The notes below the pieces were generated by a model. It was not told where the DNA came from, did not search any database, and saw nothing but the letters and a program-made list of their open reading frames with translations. Below are positions 19,954 to 30,051 of a DNA stretch of 64,000 nucleotides, piece after piece. The stretch's first letter is position 1. Each line of letters opens with the position of its first letter. Source of the stretch: Endomicrobiia bacterium (GTDB lineage Bacteria; Elusimicrobiota; Endomicrobiia; DTEH01); the NCBI GenBank assembly GCA_039630545.1, contig JBCNUU010000004.1, forward strand, positions 64,705-128,704, written 5' to 3'. The translations under genes and the position numbers were made by a program.

Positions 19954-20639
19954 TGTTGTGGTTGTATTTCTTGTTGAAGATATGTTGTAGTTAACTGCTC
20001 TAAAACAGCAGAAAATGAACTTTTTTTAGTATTTGATTGCATGCGTTGCGGTTTTATCTGTAAACTATAATGTTCCTGTTGAACCTTTGACAATGACAAA
20101 ATATATTTATTTAACTCCTCATCTAAAAGTAATTCCTGTAAAGAATTAGTAATTGCTTTTGAGGTTATAGTAGCACCTGTGATAGCATCAATTTTTCCTT
20201 GAACATTATCTTTCTTAAGTACTAATTCTTGAGGTACTTTATCAATAAATTGTGACAAAAATTTATCTTTTGCAACATTTGCACCTAAACCTGGTGTTTC
20301 TTTATGTGAAAGTACTTTAATACCTATTATTTTTAAAGGAACTTCAGGTTTTATTCCCACCAGATACTCTATGGGCCCACCATATCCTTTACAAGAATTT
20401 TTTACTAAAATACCTATAAGAGTATTTTTTTCATCGAAACATTCTTCTATATTAAGTTTTTCTAAACTTTTCACAACAAAATTTTCCATATGTGGTATTA
20501 TTTGTTTTTTAAGTTTTACTTCTTTTTGTACTTTATTTAACTGAATGCGAGGTTGAGTTTTAACATATAAAAAAGATAAACTTACAGCAGAAAAACAACA
20601 TACAATAAATAACACTATTATCATGTTAAGTGTTTTCAT
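19950..20639 (-). CDS. rnfG: Rnf complex subunit G
   Basis: GYGGPI, HKETPGLG, FMN attachment site DAITGATITS. Confidence 0.92.
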   Translation of the reverse strand: MKTLNMIIVLFIVCCFSAVSLSFLYVKTQPRIQLNKVQKEVKLKKQIIPHMENFVVKSLEKLNIEECFDEKNTLIGILVKNSCKGYGGPIEYLVGIKPEVPLKIIGIKVLSHKETPGLGANVAKDKFLSQFIDKVPQELVLKKDNVQGKIDAITGATITSKAITNSLQELLLDEELNKYILSLSKVQQEHYSLQIKPQRMQSNTKKSSFSAVLEQLTTTYLQQEIQPQQ

Positions 20640-21574
20640 TTTTTATTATACCCAAATTTTTTACGGATGGTACTTTCATCTATCAACGGTGTAAAAAGAT
20701 TCATAAATAATATTGAAAAACATACTCCTTCTGGATAACTTCCCCAAAAACGAATAATACATGTAAGGATTCCGCAAAGTAAAGCAAATATTATTTTCCC
20801 TTTGGGAGTTACAGGAGTAGTAACAGGATCAGTTATCATAAAAATCCCACCTAAAAAAATTCCGCCAGAAAATAAATAAATCCACAGATGTCTTAAATCA
20901 ACTATTGCTGTAAACAAAGCAATAACTAATATATAAAAAACAGGTACAAAAGGATTTATATGTCTTCTAGCAACAAGATATAAGTAACCTAAAAGTAATA
21001 AAATTACAGAAGTCTCTCCAATACATCCTGGATAATTACCTAAAATTAATGTTTTAATCTCTGGCAAAGAATTTATTTGTTCAGGAAAATGTTTTAAAAC
21101 AGTAAGAGGGGTTGCAGAAGTAATTCCGTCAATACTAAAATTCCCCATATGCTGAGGAAACGCAATATGAACAAAAGCTCTTCCTATTAGTGCCGGATTA
21201 AACGGATTATATCCTAAACCTCCATAAAAATGTTTAGCAAATACAATAGCTATAAAACATCCAATTGCAACAATCCATATAGGAATTTTAGGTGGAAGTG
21301 TATAAGCAAAAAGTATACCTGTAATAACACAACTTAAATCATAAATTGTAGTTTTCTGTTTTCTTAAAAAATTTACAAATAATTCAAATAAAATTGAAAA
21401 AACTACCGAAGCCAGTATAACTAAAGCAACATAGTATCCAAAAAATATCACCGCACCGATCCCAGCTGGAATTAAGGCAAATATGGTGTCTCTCATCATT
21501 GTAGAAATAGTGTGGGTGGCTCTTACATGAGGAGCTGGAGTGATATAATATTCTTTTTCGTTTTGTGTTTGCAT
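20636..21574 (-). CDS. rnfD: Rnf complex subunit D
   Basis: GGLGYNPFNPAL, DGITSATPL, FMITDPVT, YPEG. Confidence 0.93.
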   Translation of the reverse strand: MQTQNEKEYYITPAPHVRATHTISTMMRDTIFALIPAGIGAVIFFGYYVALVILASVVFSILFELFVNFLRKQKTTIYDLSCVITGILFAYTLPPKIPIWIVAIGCFIAIVFAKHFYGGLGYNPFNPALIGRAFVHIAFPQHMGNFSIDGITSATPLTVLKHFPEQINSLPEIKTLILGNYPGCIGETSVILLLLGYLYLVARRHINPFVPVFYILVIALFTAIVDLRHLWIYLFSGGIFLGGIFMITDPVTTPVTPKGKIIFALLCGILTCIIRFWGSYPEGVCFSILFMNLFTPLIDESTIRKKFGYNKK

Positions 21575-21582
21575 GAAAATAT

Positions 21583-22887
21583 TTATCTGTTTATATTTTG
21601 TATCTTTAAAAATTCTTTTGCATATTTTATCTGAGATACTATTGGTCTTTTAGCAACACATATATAAGAACAACATCCACATTCAATACAATCATATAAT
21701 GAATATTTCTGTAATTTTTCCCATTTTTTGTGCTCTATGTAAACACTTAAAAAATTAGGCATAAGTTTCATAGGACAAACAGATATACATTTAGCACACC
21801 TTATACATTGGAAGTAAAAATCATCAATCTGATTTGTTAAAAAAATTATACCCGAAGTACCTTTAATAACAGGTGTATCTAATGTTTTCTGTGCAATACC
21901 CATCATTGGACCACCCATTATTATTTTGTTTATATCTGTAAGATCAATATTTAAAATATGTACTATATCTTTAATAGAAATTCCTATTGGAAGTATAAAA
22001 TTTCCTATTCTATTTATATTTCCGGAAATAGTGACTGCTCTTTCTATAAGAGGTATTCCTTTTGTAATACATCTATATATTGCTACTAAAGTAGAAACAT
22101 TATGTACTATAACACCAACATCCATCGGCAAACCACCTGACGGAACTTCTCTGTTAAGTACTGTTTTTATAAGTTGTTTTTCTGCCCCTTGAGGATATCT
22201 AGTTTTTACAACTTTCACTTCTACATTTGGAACTTTTTCAACTTTCTGTTTAATTTTATAAATTGCTTCGGGTTTGTTATCTTCTATTACTACTATACCT
22301 TTCATAGCATCAACTATATACATAACTATTCTTAAACCTTCTACCACTTCATCATAGTATTCCTGCATAACTCTATCATCGACTGTTAAATAAGGCTCAC
22401 ACTCACATCCATTTGCAATAACATAATCTATTAGTTTATCTTTAGGAGGATTTAATTTAATATGTGTAGGAAACATAGCACCACCTAAACCAACAACTCC
22501 ACTTTCTTTAATATGGTTGACAAGTTCTTCTTTTGGAAATCTATGATAGTCTTTATATTTAGAAGAAAATTCAACAGATGTATTTTTACCATCATTTTCT
22601 ATTATTATAGCGGGCATTTTTCTACACAAAGTGGGATGATAAATTTCTTTTATATCTATGACCTTTCCAGAAACCGGAGAGTGTAAATTTGAAGATATTA
22701 AACCATCTGCTTCAGCTATTTTTTGACCTTTTAAAACATAATCTCCTGTCTTAACTAGAGGTTTCGATATCTTGCCTGCATGTTGCTGAAGATGCAAATA
22801 TAAATACTGAGGTAAAGGCAGAGTTTCAAATCTGTAATGTCTCGATTTTTTTTCTTCTTTTGGATGTAAACCTCCATAAAATCCCAT
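21583..22887 (-). CDS. rnfC: Rnf complex subunit C
   Basis: GLGGAMFPT, NGCECEPY, YPQGAEK, two 4Fe-4S motifs. Confidence 0.94.
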   Translation of the reverse strand: MGFYGGLHPKEEKKSRHYRFETLPLPQYLYLHLQQHAGKISKPLVKTGDYVLKGQKIAEADGLISSNLHSPVSGKVIDIKEIYHPTLCRKMPAIIIENDGKNTSVEFSSKYKDYHRFPKEELVNHIKESGVVGLGGAMFPTHIKLNPPKDKLIDYVIANGCECEPYLTVDDRVMQEYYDEVVEGLRIVMYIVDAMKGIVVIEDNKPEAIYKIKQKVEKVPNVEVKVVKTRYPQGAEKQLIKTVLNREVPSGGLPMDVGVIVHNVSTLVAIYRCITKGIPLIERAVTISGNINRIGNFILPIGISIKDIVHILNIDLTDINKIIMGGPMMGIAQKTLDTPVIKGTSGIIFLTNQIDDFYFQCIRCAKCISVCPMKLMPNFLSVYIEHKKWEKLQKYSLYDCIECGCCSYICVAKRPIVSQIKYAKEFLKIQNINR

Positions 22888-22900
22888 ATTAATTAAGCCT

Positions 22901-23791
22901 CTAGTTACTTTTTTCTAATATTTGATACTTTTCAACATTAACTTTAATAAAATCTTCCCAGATTTGAAGTAAATGTTTATTTTCTTCCTGAAATAAGTGT
23001 TGAAATCTTTTTTGAAGTTTCAAAAATTCCTCTATTGGTTTTAATTCTTTAAGTTTCTTTACTTTCGTTAAAACTCCATTTTCATATTCTATTAATGGGA
23101 AAAGACCAGTTTCTACTGCTAATTCCGCAATTTTTATAGACAAACTTGGATCATATCCCCAACCTAATGGACATGGAGCAAAAATATAAATAAATTTAGC
23201 ACCTTTTATCTTTATGGCTTTCTTAACTTTATTTTGTAAATCCACAGGATAACATATAGTGGCTGTAGCTATGTAACTACACCTATGCGCTAAAGCAATA
23301 TCAATCAAATTTTTTTTCCATGTGATATTCCCATACGAATTTCTACCTACAGGAGATGTACCTGTATTTGCCCCAACAGGAGAAGTTCCACTTCTTTGAA
23401 TTCCAGTGTTCATGTAAGCTTCATTATCGTAACATATACTTAACACATTGTGACCTCTTTCCCATAGACCTGAAAAAGCTTGAAATCCAATATCTGCAAA
23501 ACCACCATCTCCTGCCTGCGCTATTACATTAACATCAGTTTTACCTAAATACTTTAAAGCTTTTTCTATACCAGAAGCTACAGCAGCTGCATTTTCAAAA
23601 AGAGAATGGATAAAAGGAACCCTCCACGAAGTATAAGGATAACCTGTGGAAAATACTTCCAGACACCCTGTGTTATTCACCACTATAGTATTAGGTCCTG
23701 CAGCATCTATTACTAACCTTGCCGCTAATGATTGCCCACATCCCGCACATGCTGTATGACCTGGTGTAAATAAAATTTTTTCGTCAATCAT
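22901..23791 (-). CDS. porB: Pyruvate/2-oxoacid:ferredoxin oxidoreductase beta subunit
   Basis: GHTACAGCG, TGCLEV, TPP motif GDGG...DNEAYMNTG, PCPLGW. Confidence 0.9.
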   Translation of the reverse strand: MIDEKILFTPGHTACAGCGQSLAARLVIDAAGPNTIVVNNTGCLEVFSTGYPYTSWRVPFIHSLFENAAAVASGIEKALKYLGKTDVNVIAQAGDGGFADIGFQAFSGLWERGHNVLSICYDNEAYMNTGIQRSGTSPVGANTGTSPVGRNSYGNITWKKNLIDIALAHRCSYIATATICYPVDLQNKVKKAIKIKGAKFIYIFAPCPLGWGYDPSLSIKIAELAVETGLFPLIEYENGVLTKVKKLKELKPIEEFLKLQKRFQHLFQEENKHLLQIWEDFIKVNVEKYQILEKSN

Positions 23792-23802
23792 ATATCCTCC
23801 AG

Positions 23803-24990
23803 TTAGATATAACTTCCTAAATTTTTTTCATTTATTCCTATAAATTTAGAAGAAAAAATTTCTTTTTCTGTATAAAGTTGTTCTATCTCTTCCAATGAAA
23901 CGTCTCTTCCGCCAAGCCCACAGATATATCCTGAAATCTTTGGTAGCTTAGAAATGCCACTATTTTGAGCATAATTATAAACAGATGTCACTATGTCGCT
24001 ATACAATCCACCTGTATGTCCTAAAGATATATCTTTTTCTAAAACTATTACTCTATTAAACTTTGATAAAATTCTACCAATTTCTGCAGGAAATGGTCTG
24101 TAGGTAATTATTCGTAAAAGACCAACTTTTTCGTTTTTTTCTCTTAGTCTATCAATTGTGTCTTTTATAGGTCCTGATAAAGAACCAAAGGTTACATACA
24201 CTGTATCAGCGTCTTCTAAGTAGTATTCTTCATAAAATCCATAAGATTTTCTTCCAAACATTTTTGTGAATTCTTCCGCAATTTTCGGAATTTTGCTTTT
24301 AACTTCATTAAGCATTGTATGATGAATTGCATATCTTGTCTCCATATACCATTCTGGACCAACTAATGCTCCAAATGTAAGAGGGTTTTCTGGATCAAGC
24401 TTATAGATAGGATTATATGGAGGCAAAAACTTGTCTACCAACTCTTGGGAAGGCAACTCTACTGCCTCATAACCATGACTTAAAACAAATCCATCGATAT
24501 TTACTATAACGGGAAGCATAACTTCTGGATCTTCGGCTAGTTTAAAAGCTTGAATATGAAGATCACAAGCTTCCTGAATATTTTCAGCAAAAAATAAAAT
24601 TGCTCCAGAATCTCTTACACTCATAATATCCTGTTGATCATTCCAGATATTAATCGGTGCTGAAACTGCTCTGTTTACACAACACATTACTACAGGCAAC
24701 CTTAAACCAGCTATATTAAATATAACCTCTGCCATAAGCAACAAACCTTGAGAAGAAGTAGAACTATATACTCTAACTCCGGTAGCTGATGCACCCAGAA
24801 TACAACTCGCAGCAGAATGTTCAGATTCTACATTCACAATTTCAGCTTTTAATTCTCCATTTGCAATAAGGGAAGAAAGTTCTTCAGGAATATGTGTTTG
24901 AGGAGTAATAGGATAAGCAGCAATTACTCCGGGTCTGCATAGAGCTACGGTTTTTGCTATTGAAGTTGCCCCTTCTAAAAATTGTTTCAT
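23803..24990 (-). CDS. porA: Pyruvate/2-oxoacid:ferredoxin oxidoreductase alpha subunit
   Basis: YPITPQT, VESEHSA, SSQGL, VNRA, GLGGRD. Start set at ATG 24990, which follows an SD-like GGGAG, rather than 25026. Confidence 0.9.
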   Translation of the reverse strand: MKQFLEGATSIAKTVALCRPGVIAAYPITPQTHIPEELSSLIANGELKAEIVNVESEHSAASCILGASATGVRVYSSTSSQGLLLMAEVIFNIAGLRLPVVMCCVNRAVSAPINIWNDQQDIMSVRDSGAILFFAENIQEACDLHIQAFKLAEDPEVMLPVIVNIDGFVLSHGYEAVELPSQELVDKFLPPYNPIYKLDPENPLTFGALVGPEWYMETRYAIHHTMLNEVKSKIPKIAEEFTKMFGRKSYGFYEEYYLEDADTVYVTFGSLSGPIKDTIDRLREKNEKVGLLRIITYRPFPAEIGRILSKFNRVIVLEKDISLGHTGGLYSDIVTSVYNYAQNSGISKLPKISGYICGLGGRDVSLEEIEQLYTEKEIFSSKFIGINEKNLGSYI

Positions 24991-25015
24991 AATTATTCTC
25001 CCTGCAATAAAAAAA

Positions 25016-25264
25016 CTATTCCTCAACCATTATTATATCTTTTACTGGACATATCTCAACGCACATTCCACAACCTTTACAATAGTCTAAATTTGCATCA
25101 TAATTTTTTTTAGAGCCACTTACACACCCCTCTGGACATATTAAATAACACATCCTACATCCTGTACAATTTTTGTGTAAAAATTTTGGTTTTTTACCCA
25201 TTCTCCAGCTTCCAGTTTTATTTTTTAATCCAGTGGCTGAAGGTAATATCATTTTAGCAAACAT
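25016..25264 (-). CDS. porD: Oxidoreductase delta subunit (2x[4Fe-4S])
   Basis: KTGSWR, CTGCRMCYLICP, YCKGCGMCVEICP. Confidence 0.9.
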   Translation of the reverse strand: MFAKMILPSATGLKNKTGSWRMGKKPKFLHKNCTGCRMCYLICPEGCVSGSKKNYDANLDYCKGCGMCVEICPVKDIIMVEE

Positions 25265-25279
25265 ATTATTCCTCCATAC

Positions 25280-25819
25280 TTAAACCGACACGTTATCTTT
25301 AGCCCAATTATACCCTGCTTCGGCTAATTTTAAATTTGCTTCCAAAACTTTTCCTTTAAATCTTTCTTTTATTGCCTCATAAAGTATCTCTATTTTAATA
25401 TCTGAATCAACCACACAAAAAGCGCCCAAAAGAACTGTGTTTGCAAAAATTTTTCCAGTAATTTCTTGAGAAATTCTGTTTGCAGGTATAGAAATAATTT
25501 TTTTTCCATAAGGTGTGTAATCTTTTTGAGAATTTATTATACAAATAGCTTTTTCTTTCAAGCTATTTACCACATTTTGGCTTTCAAAAAGTGTCTCATC
25601 TACCACTATTGCATAGTCAGCTATCTTTATTCTTGTTCTTAACCTTATAGGCTTGTCGCCATATCTCAAAAAAGCATTCATTGGTGCTCCCATTCTTGCA
25701 GCTCCAAAATGAGGAAAGGCATATGCGTGTTTACCTATTTTTACCAACGCAGAGCCCAAGATTTGTGCTGTGGTAATTGCTCCTTGACCTGCTCTTGCAA
25801 AAATTATTATCTCTTTCAT
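25280..25819 (-). CDS. porC: Oxidoreductase gamma subunit
   Basis: ARAGQGAIT, FPHFGAARMGAP, ANTVLLGA. Confidence 0.88.
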   Translation of the reverse strand: MKEIIIFARAGQGAITTAQILGSALVKIGKHAYAFPHFGAARMGAPMNAFLRYGDKPIRLRTRIKIADYAIVVDETLFESQNVVNSLKEKAICIINSQKDYTPYGKKIISIPANRISQEITGKIFANTVLLGAFCVVDSDIKIEILYEAIKERFKGKVLEANLKLAEAGYNWAKDNVSV

Positions 25820-25846
25820 AATTTTTAGATAGATTATTATTCATTA

Positions 25847-26032
25847 TTATTCTATTATAATAGCTTCTGTAGGACAATTCTCAGCAGCTTCTTTTACTTT
25901 ATCTTCATATTCTACCGGTACAACATCGGTTTTTACTATTGCAGAATCTTCACCCATTTCAAATACTTCTGGACAGGTATCAGCACATAGCCCACAAGCG
26001 GTGCACAAATCTTTATCTATTTTTACTTTCAT
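25847..26032 (-). CDS. fdx: Monocluster [4Fe-4S] ferredoxin
   Basis: CTACGLCADTCP...CPTEAI; strong SD AAGGAGG. Confidence 0.9.
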   Translation of the reverse strand: MKVKIDKDLCTACGLCADTCPEVFEMGEDSAIVKTDVVPVEYEDKVKEAAENCPTEAIIIE

Positions 26033-26064
26033 ATCATAGCCCTCCTTTTAAAAAATTAGAGATA

Positions 26065-26093
26065 AATTTATAAAATTATAAAATTTTTGTCAA
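26065..26093 (-). promoter_or_regulatory. Sigma70-type promoter for fdx-por-rnf
   Basis: Perfect -35 TTGACA (26093-26088, overlapping the upstream gene's stop codon), 17-bp spacer, -10 TAAATT. Confidence 0.5.
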
Positions 26094-27253
26094 CAATAAA
26101 GAGCAACATATTTTTCTATAATTTTTTCTATAGATAACGAATTTATATCAAAATTTTTGTTTATGCATTTTTTATAATTTTCTGGATTGTAATCTAAATA
26201 AAACTCTAAAATTTTAAAAGTAAATTCAGAGATTATTTTATTTCTTTTATTTTCAAGAGAGACTATATAATTTTTATCTAAATAATCAGATACCCCCTCA
26301 ACACCTGTAGAAATCACAGGTTTTTTAAAATAAATAGATTCTAAAACCACATTTGGAGAACCTTCCCACCAGGAAGTAAGCAAAACTAAGTCAGAAGCAT
26401 TTATGTAGTCATAGACATTTTCTTTATATCCTATGAATTTAACATTATTTTCCACATTAAGTTTTTTAGCATAATTTTTAAGAAAAACCATCATTTCTCC
26501 ATCTCCAACTACTATAAAAATAAAATCTCTATTATATTTTTTCAATTGTATATATTCTGCAAAACTTTTTATCACTTCCAACAAAAGATCGTATCCTTTC
26601 TGAATGTGTAATCTTCCTACAGAGAGTACTAAGAAAGTGTCTTTTTTTATCCCTAAAGAAGACCTTATCTGTTGTGGAGAAAAAATAACCTTGAATTCTT
26701 CTTTTAACAGAGCATTAGGAATTATTTCTATTTTATAGGGAGGAATTTTTTGTGAGGAAATTATAAAACTTTTAAGTTCATTAGAATTCACAGTAATTTT
26801 ATCAACAAAAAAATTGCTGAACCTTAACAAAAACTTCTGCCATTTTTTTTGTTTTTCTGCTACTCTTTCAGAACAAATTAGCTTTGTTTTCCATCTTAAA
26901 AGTTTTAAAAATCTGGCAAAAATATTTGCCTGAAATAAAAAACTATGAATTATTTCTGGCTTCTGTTTAAAAAATAAAAAAATAAGTTTTATTAAAGCAA
27001 AAGGAAAAAATAAAAAATTTAATAGAAAAAAGTCATGAAGTGACAAATCGTAAACTGGGATTTGGAGTTTTTCAAATTTTTTCCTGAATCTTCCTTTTCT
27101 TTTTAAAGATATTAAAAATATTTTATAACTGTAATTCTTTTTAAGAGTTTTTAAAAGAATATAAAGCTGCCTCTGAGTCCCACCATAATCAAGGGAAGTT
27201 ATAATGTAAAATATAACTTTATTTTTTACTTTCAACTCTTTCAATGTATTCAC
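26090..27253 (-). CDS. Glycosyltransferase family 4 (GT-B fold)
   Basis: ITSLDYGGTQR, VGRLHIQKG, VVGDG, EGSPNVVLE (ExxxxxxxE); overlaps the end of efp, exact start uncertain. Confidence 0.88.
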   Translation of the reverse strand: MNTLKELKVKNKVIFYIITSLDYGGTQRQLYILLKTLKKNYSYKIFLISLKRKGRFRKKFEKLQIPVYDLSLHDFFLLNFLFFPFALIKLIFLFFKQKPEIIHSFLFQANIFARFLKLLRWKTKLICSERVAEKQKKWQKFLLRFSNFFVDKITVNSNELKSFIISSQKIPPYKIEIIPNALLKEEFKVIFSPQQIRSSLGIKKDTFLVLSVGRLHIQKGYDLLLEVIKSFAEYIQLKKYNRDFIFIVVGDGEMMVFLKNYAKKLNVENNVKFIGYKENVYDYINASDLVLLTSWWEGSPNVVLESIYFKKPVISTGVEGVSDYLDKNYIVSLENKRNKIISEFTFKILEFYLDYNPENYKKCINKNFDINSLSIEKIIEKYVALYC

Positions 27254-27794
27254 CAGTTCTAGTATCTACTTTTACTACATCTCCTACCTCTACAAACAAA
27301 GGAACCAATATCTCAACTCCTGTTTCCAATGTGGCTGGCTTCATCACATTACTCACACTATCTCCGCGAATTCCTGGAACAGTATGAATAACTTTAAGTT
27401 CTACTGCAATAGGAAGTTCTACTCCTAAAAATTCCTCGTTAAGGTATAGACCTTCTACCTCTAAGTTTTCTTTTAAAAACTTAGCTGCTTCGCCAAGCTG
27501 TTTTTTAGGAATTTGAATTTCTTCAAAAGTTTCCATGTCCATAAAGACAAAATTATCTCCTGCTTGATACATGTATTGTTTCTTTTTTCTTACAAGATCA
27601 ACTGTTTCAAATTTTTCTCCTGATTTAAATGTTCTTTCTATTATGCTGCCTGTCCTAATGTTTCTTAACTTAGTTCTCATTACAGCACCACCCTTACCTG
27701 GCTTGTGATGCTGATACCACAAAATAGAATAAATCTCGTTATCAACCTTAATACACAAACCTTCCTTAAACTCAGAAGTGTCAATTGTAACCAT
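27219..27794 (-). CDS. efp: Elongation factor P
   Basis: HKPGKGGA, KPATLETG, VDTRTGEY; SD AAGGAGGTGA. Confidence 0.96.
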   Translation of the reverse strand: MVTIDTSEFKEGLCIKVDNEIYSILWYQHHKPGKGGAVMRTKLRNIRTGSIIERTFKSGEKFETVDLVRKKKQYMYQAGDNFVFMDMETFEEIQIPKKQLGEAAKFLKENLEVEGLYLNEEFLGVELPIAVELKVIHTVPGIRGDSVSNVMKPATLETGVEILVPLFVEVGDVVKVDTRTGEYIERVESKK

Positions 27795-27941
27795 AATTCA
27801 TCACCTCCTTTTATTCAAGGAACATTCAATGTTTTTTTAAAAAATATAAAAAGAGAAATTTGATATCAACTATTTTAAAAACTTATATAAAGAACTGTTA
27901 AGTTTTAATTCTATAAAAGTTAAAGTTGGGAGATAAATAAA

Positions 27942-28964
27942 TTATACAATATAAGAAGATAAAATTTCATAGTAATTTTCTTTACAAAGAATATCATCTT
28001 CTATTCTTAAACCAAATTTATTATTAAAGTATATACCTGGTTCTATAGTTACAACCATACCTTCTTTAAGAATGCTTTCATCTTTTGAAGATATCCTAGG
28101 TGACTCATGAACTTCAATGCCAATTCCATGACCTGTGGAATGTAAATAATTTTTTTCTAAACCTATTTTCCTAAAATATTCCTTTGCGAATATATCTATG
28201 TCTTTTACTTTGGTTCCTTTTTTACACATAGAAATTAAGTTTTGTTGTAAGAATTTTAATTTAAAATACAACTCTTTAATTTTCGGATGTTTATCTAAAT
28301 TATACATTCTGGTTATATCACAACAATAACCATTATATTTACATCCAATATCTATTAGTATAATGCTTTCTTTTTTAAATTTCTTGTTGGTTGGAATATG
28401 GTGTGGATAAGAAGTGTTGCTATCAAAGGCTACTATCGGATCAAATGCTGGCTCTACATTATTTTCTATAAATTTCTTTAATATAAAATTTTTTACTTCA
28501 ACTTCTTTTACACCTACTTTTATAAATTCTTTTACCTCTTTTAAAATTTTTTGTGTAATTTTTAGTGCCTGTTTTATGTTTTTTATCTCCTCCTCACTTT
28601 TTATTTTTCTTAGATTAATTATTATATCACTAAACACAACATTAAAATGTTTTCTTAAAATTTTGTAATCTTTAACTGGAATATTATCAGTGTCTAAAAG
28701 CAACAGTTTATTTTTTATATCAAGATTCAAAACCTGTTTTACCAGATTTTCGCCTATAACTATGTGGTTTTGATTAAAAATTTTCTTTATCTGTCCATAA
28801 AACATCTCAGATGTTAAAACTTTAACAGAATTTTTAGAAATTGCTAAACAATAACCATTATAATTTTTACCAGTTAAATAAAATAAATTATTGTTATTTA
28901 ATACTAACAGAACATTATTATTATCAAGAAGTTTCTGGATTGAACTTATTTTTTCTGTAACCAT
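27942..28964 (-). CDS. Xaa-Pro aminopeptidase (M24B)
   Basis: DIGC...YCCDITR, HSTGHGIGIEVHE, TIEPG, RIEDD; typical upstream neighbour of efp. Confidence 0.9.
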   Translation of the reverse strand: MVTEKISSIQKLLDNNNVLLVLNNNNLFYLTGKNYNGYCLAISKNSVKVLTSEMFYGQIKKIFNQNHIVIGENLVKQVLNLDIKNKLLLLDTDNIPVKDYKILRKHFNVVFSDIIINLRKIKSEEEIKNIKQALKITQKILKEVKEFIKVGVKEVEVKNFILKKFIENNVEPAFDPIVAFDSNTSYPHHIPTNKKFKKESIILIDIGCKYNGYCCDITRMYNLDKHPKIKELYFKLKFLQQNLISMCKKGTKVKDIDIFAKEYFRKIGLEKNYLHSTGHGIGIEVHESPRISSKDESILKEGMVVTIEPGIYFNNKFGLRIEDDILCKENYYEILSSYIV

Positions 28965-30049
28965 TGTTTAAGAAAAGAAATACTTTCAAGAATATCTTCC
29001 TGTGAAATATTCTCAAATGTTTTTACTTCTCCTATTCTAATAGGTAAAACAAATCTATAATTTTTTTGATAAACTTTTTTATCAAATTTAATAAATTTAA
29101 ATACTTCTCTTTCAGGAATGTTCAACAAATTATTATTAAATTTTTGATTTTTTGTGTAAGTATTAATTAACTCCAGAATCATATCGAAATCTTTCTTGGG
29201 TAAAATTTTAAGTCTGAAAGATAGATAGCTTTCTGCAATTAAACCTAAAATAACAGCTTCACCATGAGAATAAATTTTGTAACGATTTGAAGCTTCTATA
29301 GCATGGGCGATGGTATGTCCTAAGTTTAACTTTTCTCTTATTGTTGTTTTTTCCTTTTCATCTTTTTTAACAATTTCAAGTTTTGTTTTTATACATTCAA
29401 AAATTAAATCTTTAGAAAAAGTTTCAAACTTAATTATTAGTTCGCCAAAAAAAATTTCTTTTTTAGAATTTAGAAGATCAAAAATTTTTTTGTTCAAAAT
29501 TGAGTATTTCAAAACTTCTCCAAGACCATTATATATTTCCTTTAATGGCAGACTCTTTAATAAACTGACATCACAAAAAATAATTCTTGGTTGATAAAAA
29601 CTGCCAACTAAATTTTTCCCATATTTTAAGTTTATAGCTGTCTTTCCTCCAATTGAAGAATCTACCATCGCAAGAAGAGTGGTAGGAATCTGAATATATT
29701 CTATACCTCGCATATAAATCGAAGACACAAAACCCACAAGATCTCCTAAAACACCTCCACCAAATATTAAGACTAAACTTTTTCTGTCTACCTTAAAGTT
29801 TAAAAATTTATAAAGTACTAACTCAACGAATTTTAAAGATTTTATTTTTTCTCCCTCTGGCAAAAATAATACCTTACAGTCAAAATTAGTAAACTTATTT
29901 TTATATAAATCCCATAATTTCTTATGAGTAACCAATAACAAATTTGTATAATTAAGGTTTTCTTTTTTTATTACATAAGGAAGCTGCTCTAAGCATTCCA
30001 AATAAACAGATATATCTTTTGTATCTTTAAGTTTTATCTCTGTTTTCAT
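28946..30049 (-). CDS. aroB: 3-dehydroquinate synthase
   Basis: GGGVLGDL, PTTLLAMVDSSIGGKT, LNLGHT, HGEAV. Confidence 0.94.
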   Translation of the reverse strand: MKTEIKLKDTKDISVYLECLEQLPYVIKKENLNYTNLLLVTHKKLWDLYKNKFTNFDCKVLFLPEGEKIKSLKFVELVLYKFLNFKVDRKSLVLIFGGGVLGDLVGFVSSIYMRGIEYIQIPTTLLAMVDSSIGGKTAINLKYGKNLVGSFYQPRIIFCDVSLLKSLPLKEIYNGLGEVLKYSILNKKIFDLLNSKKEIFFGELIIKFETFSKDLIFECIKTKLEIVKKDEKEKTTIREKLNLGHTIAHAIEASNRYKIYSHGEAVILGLIAESYLSFRLKILPKKDFDMILELINTYTKNQKFNNNLLNIPEREVFKFIKFDKKVYQKNYRFVLPIRIGEVKTFENISQEDILESISFLKQWLQKK

Positions 30050-30051
30050 TT

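Noticed and set aside
26076-26093. Degenerate Rex-like site over the fdx-por-rnf promoter (TTGACAA-AAAT-TTTATAA)
   Set aside because: Only 10/14 matches, mostly A/T; cannot be distinguished from background without a trained matrix
27860-27869. Palindrome TTGATATCAA upstream of efp
   Set aside because: Only 10 bp in an AT-rich gap, and it lacks the N4 spacer of an FNR box
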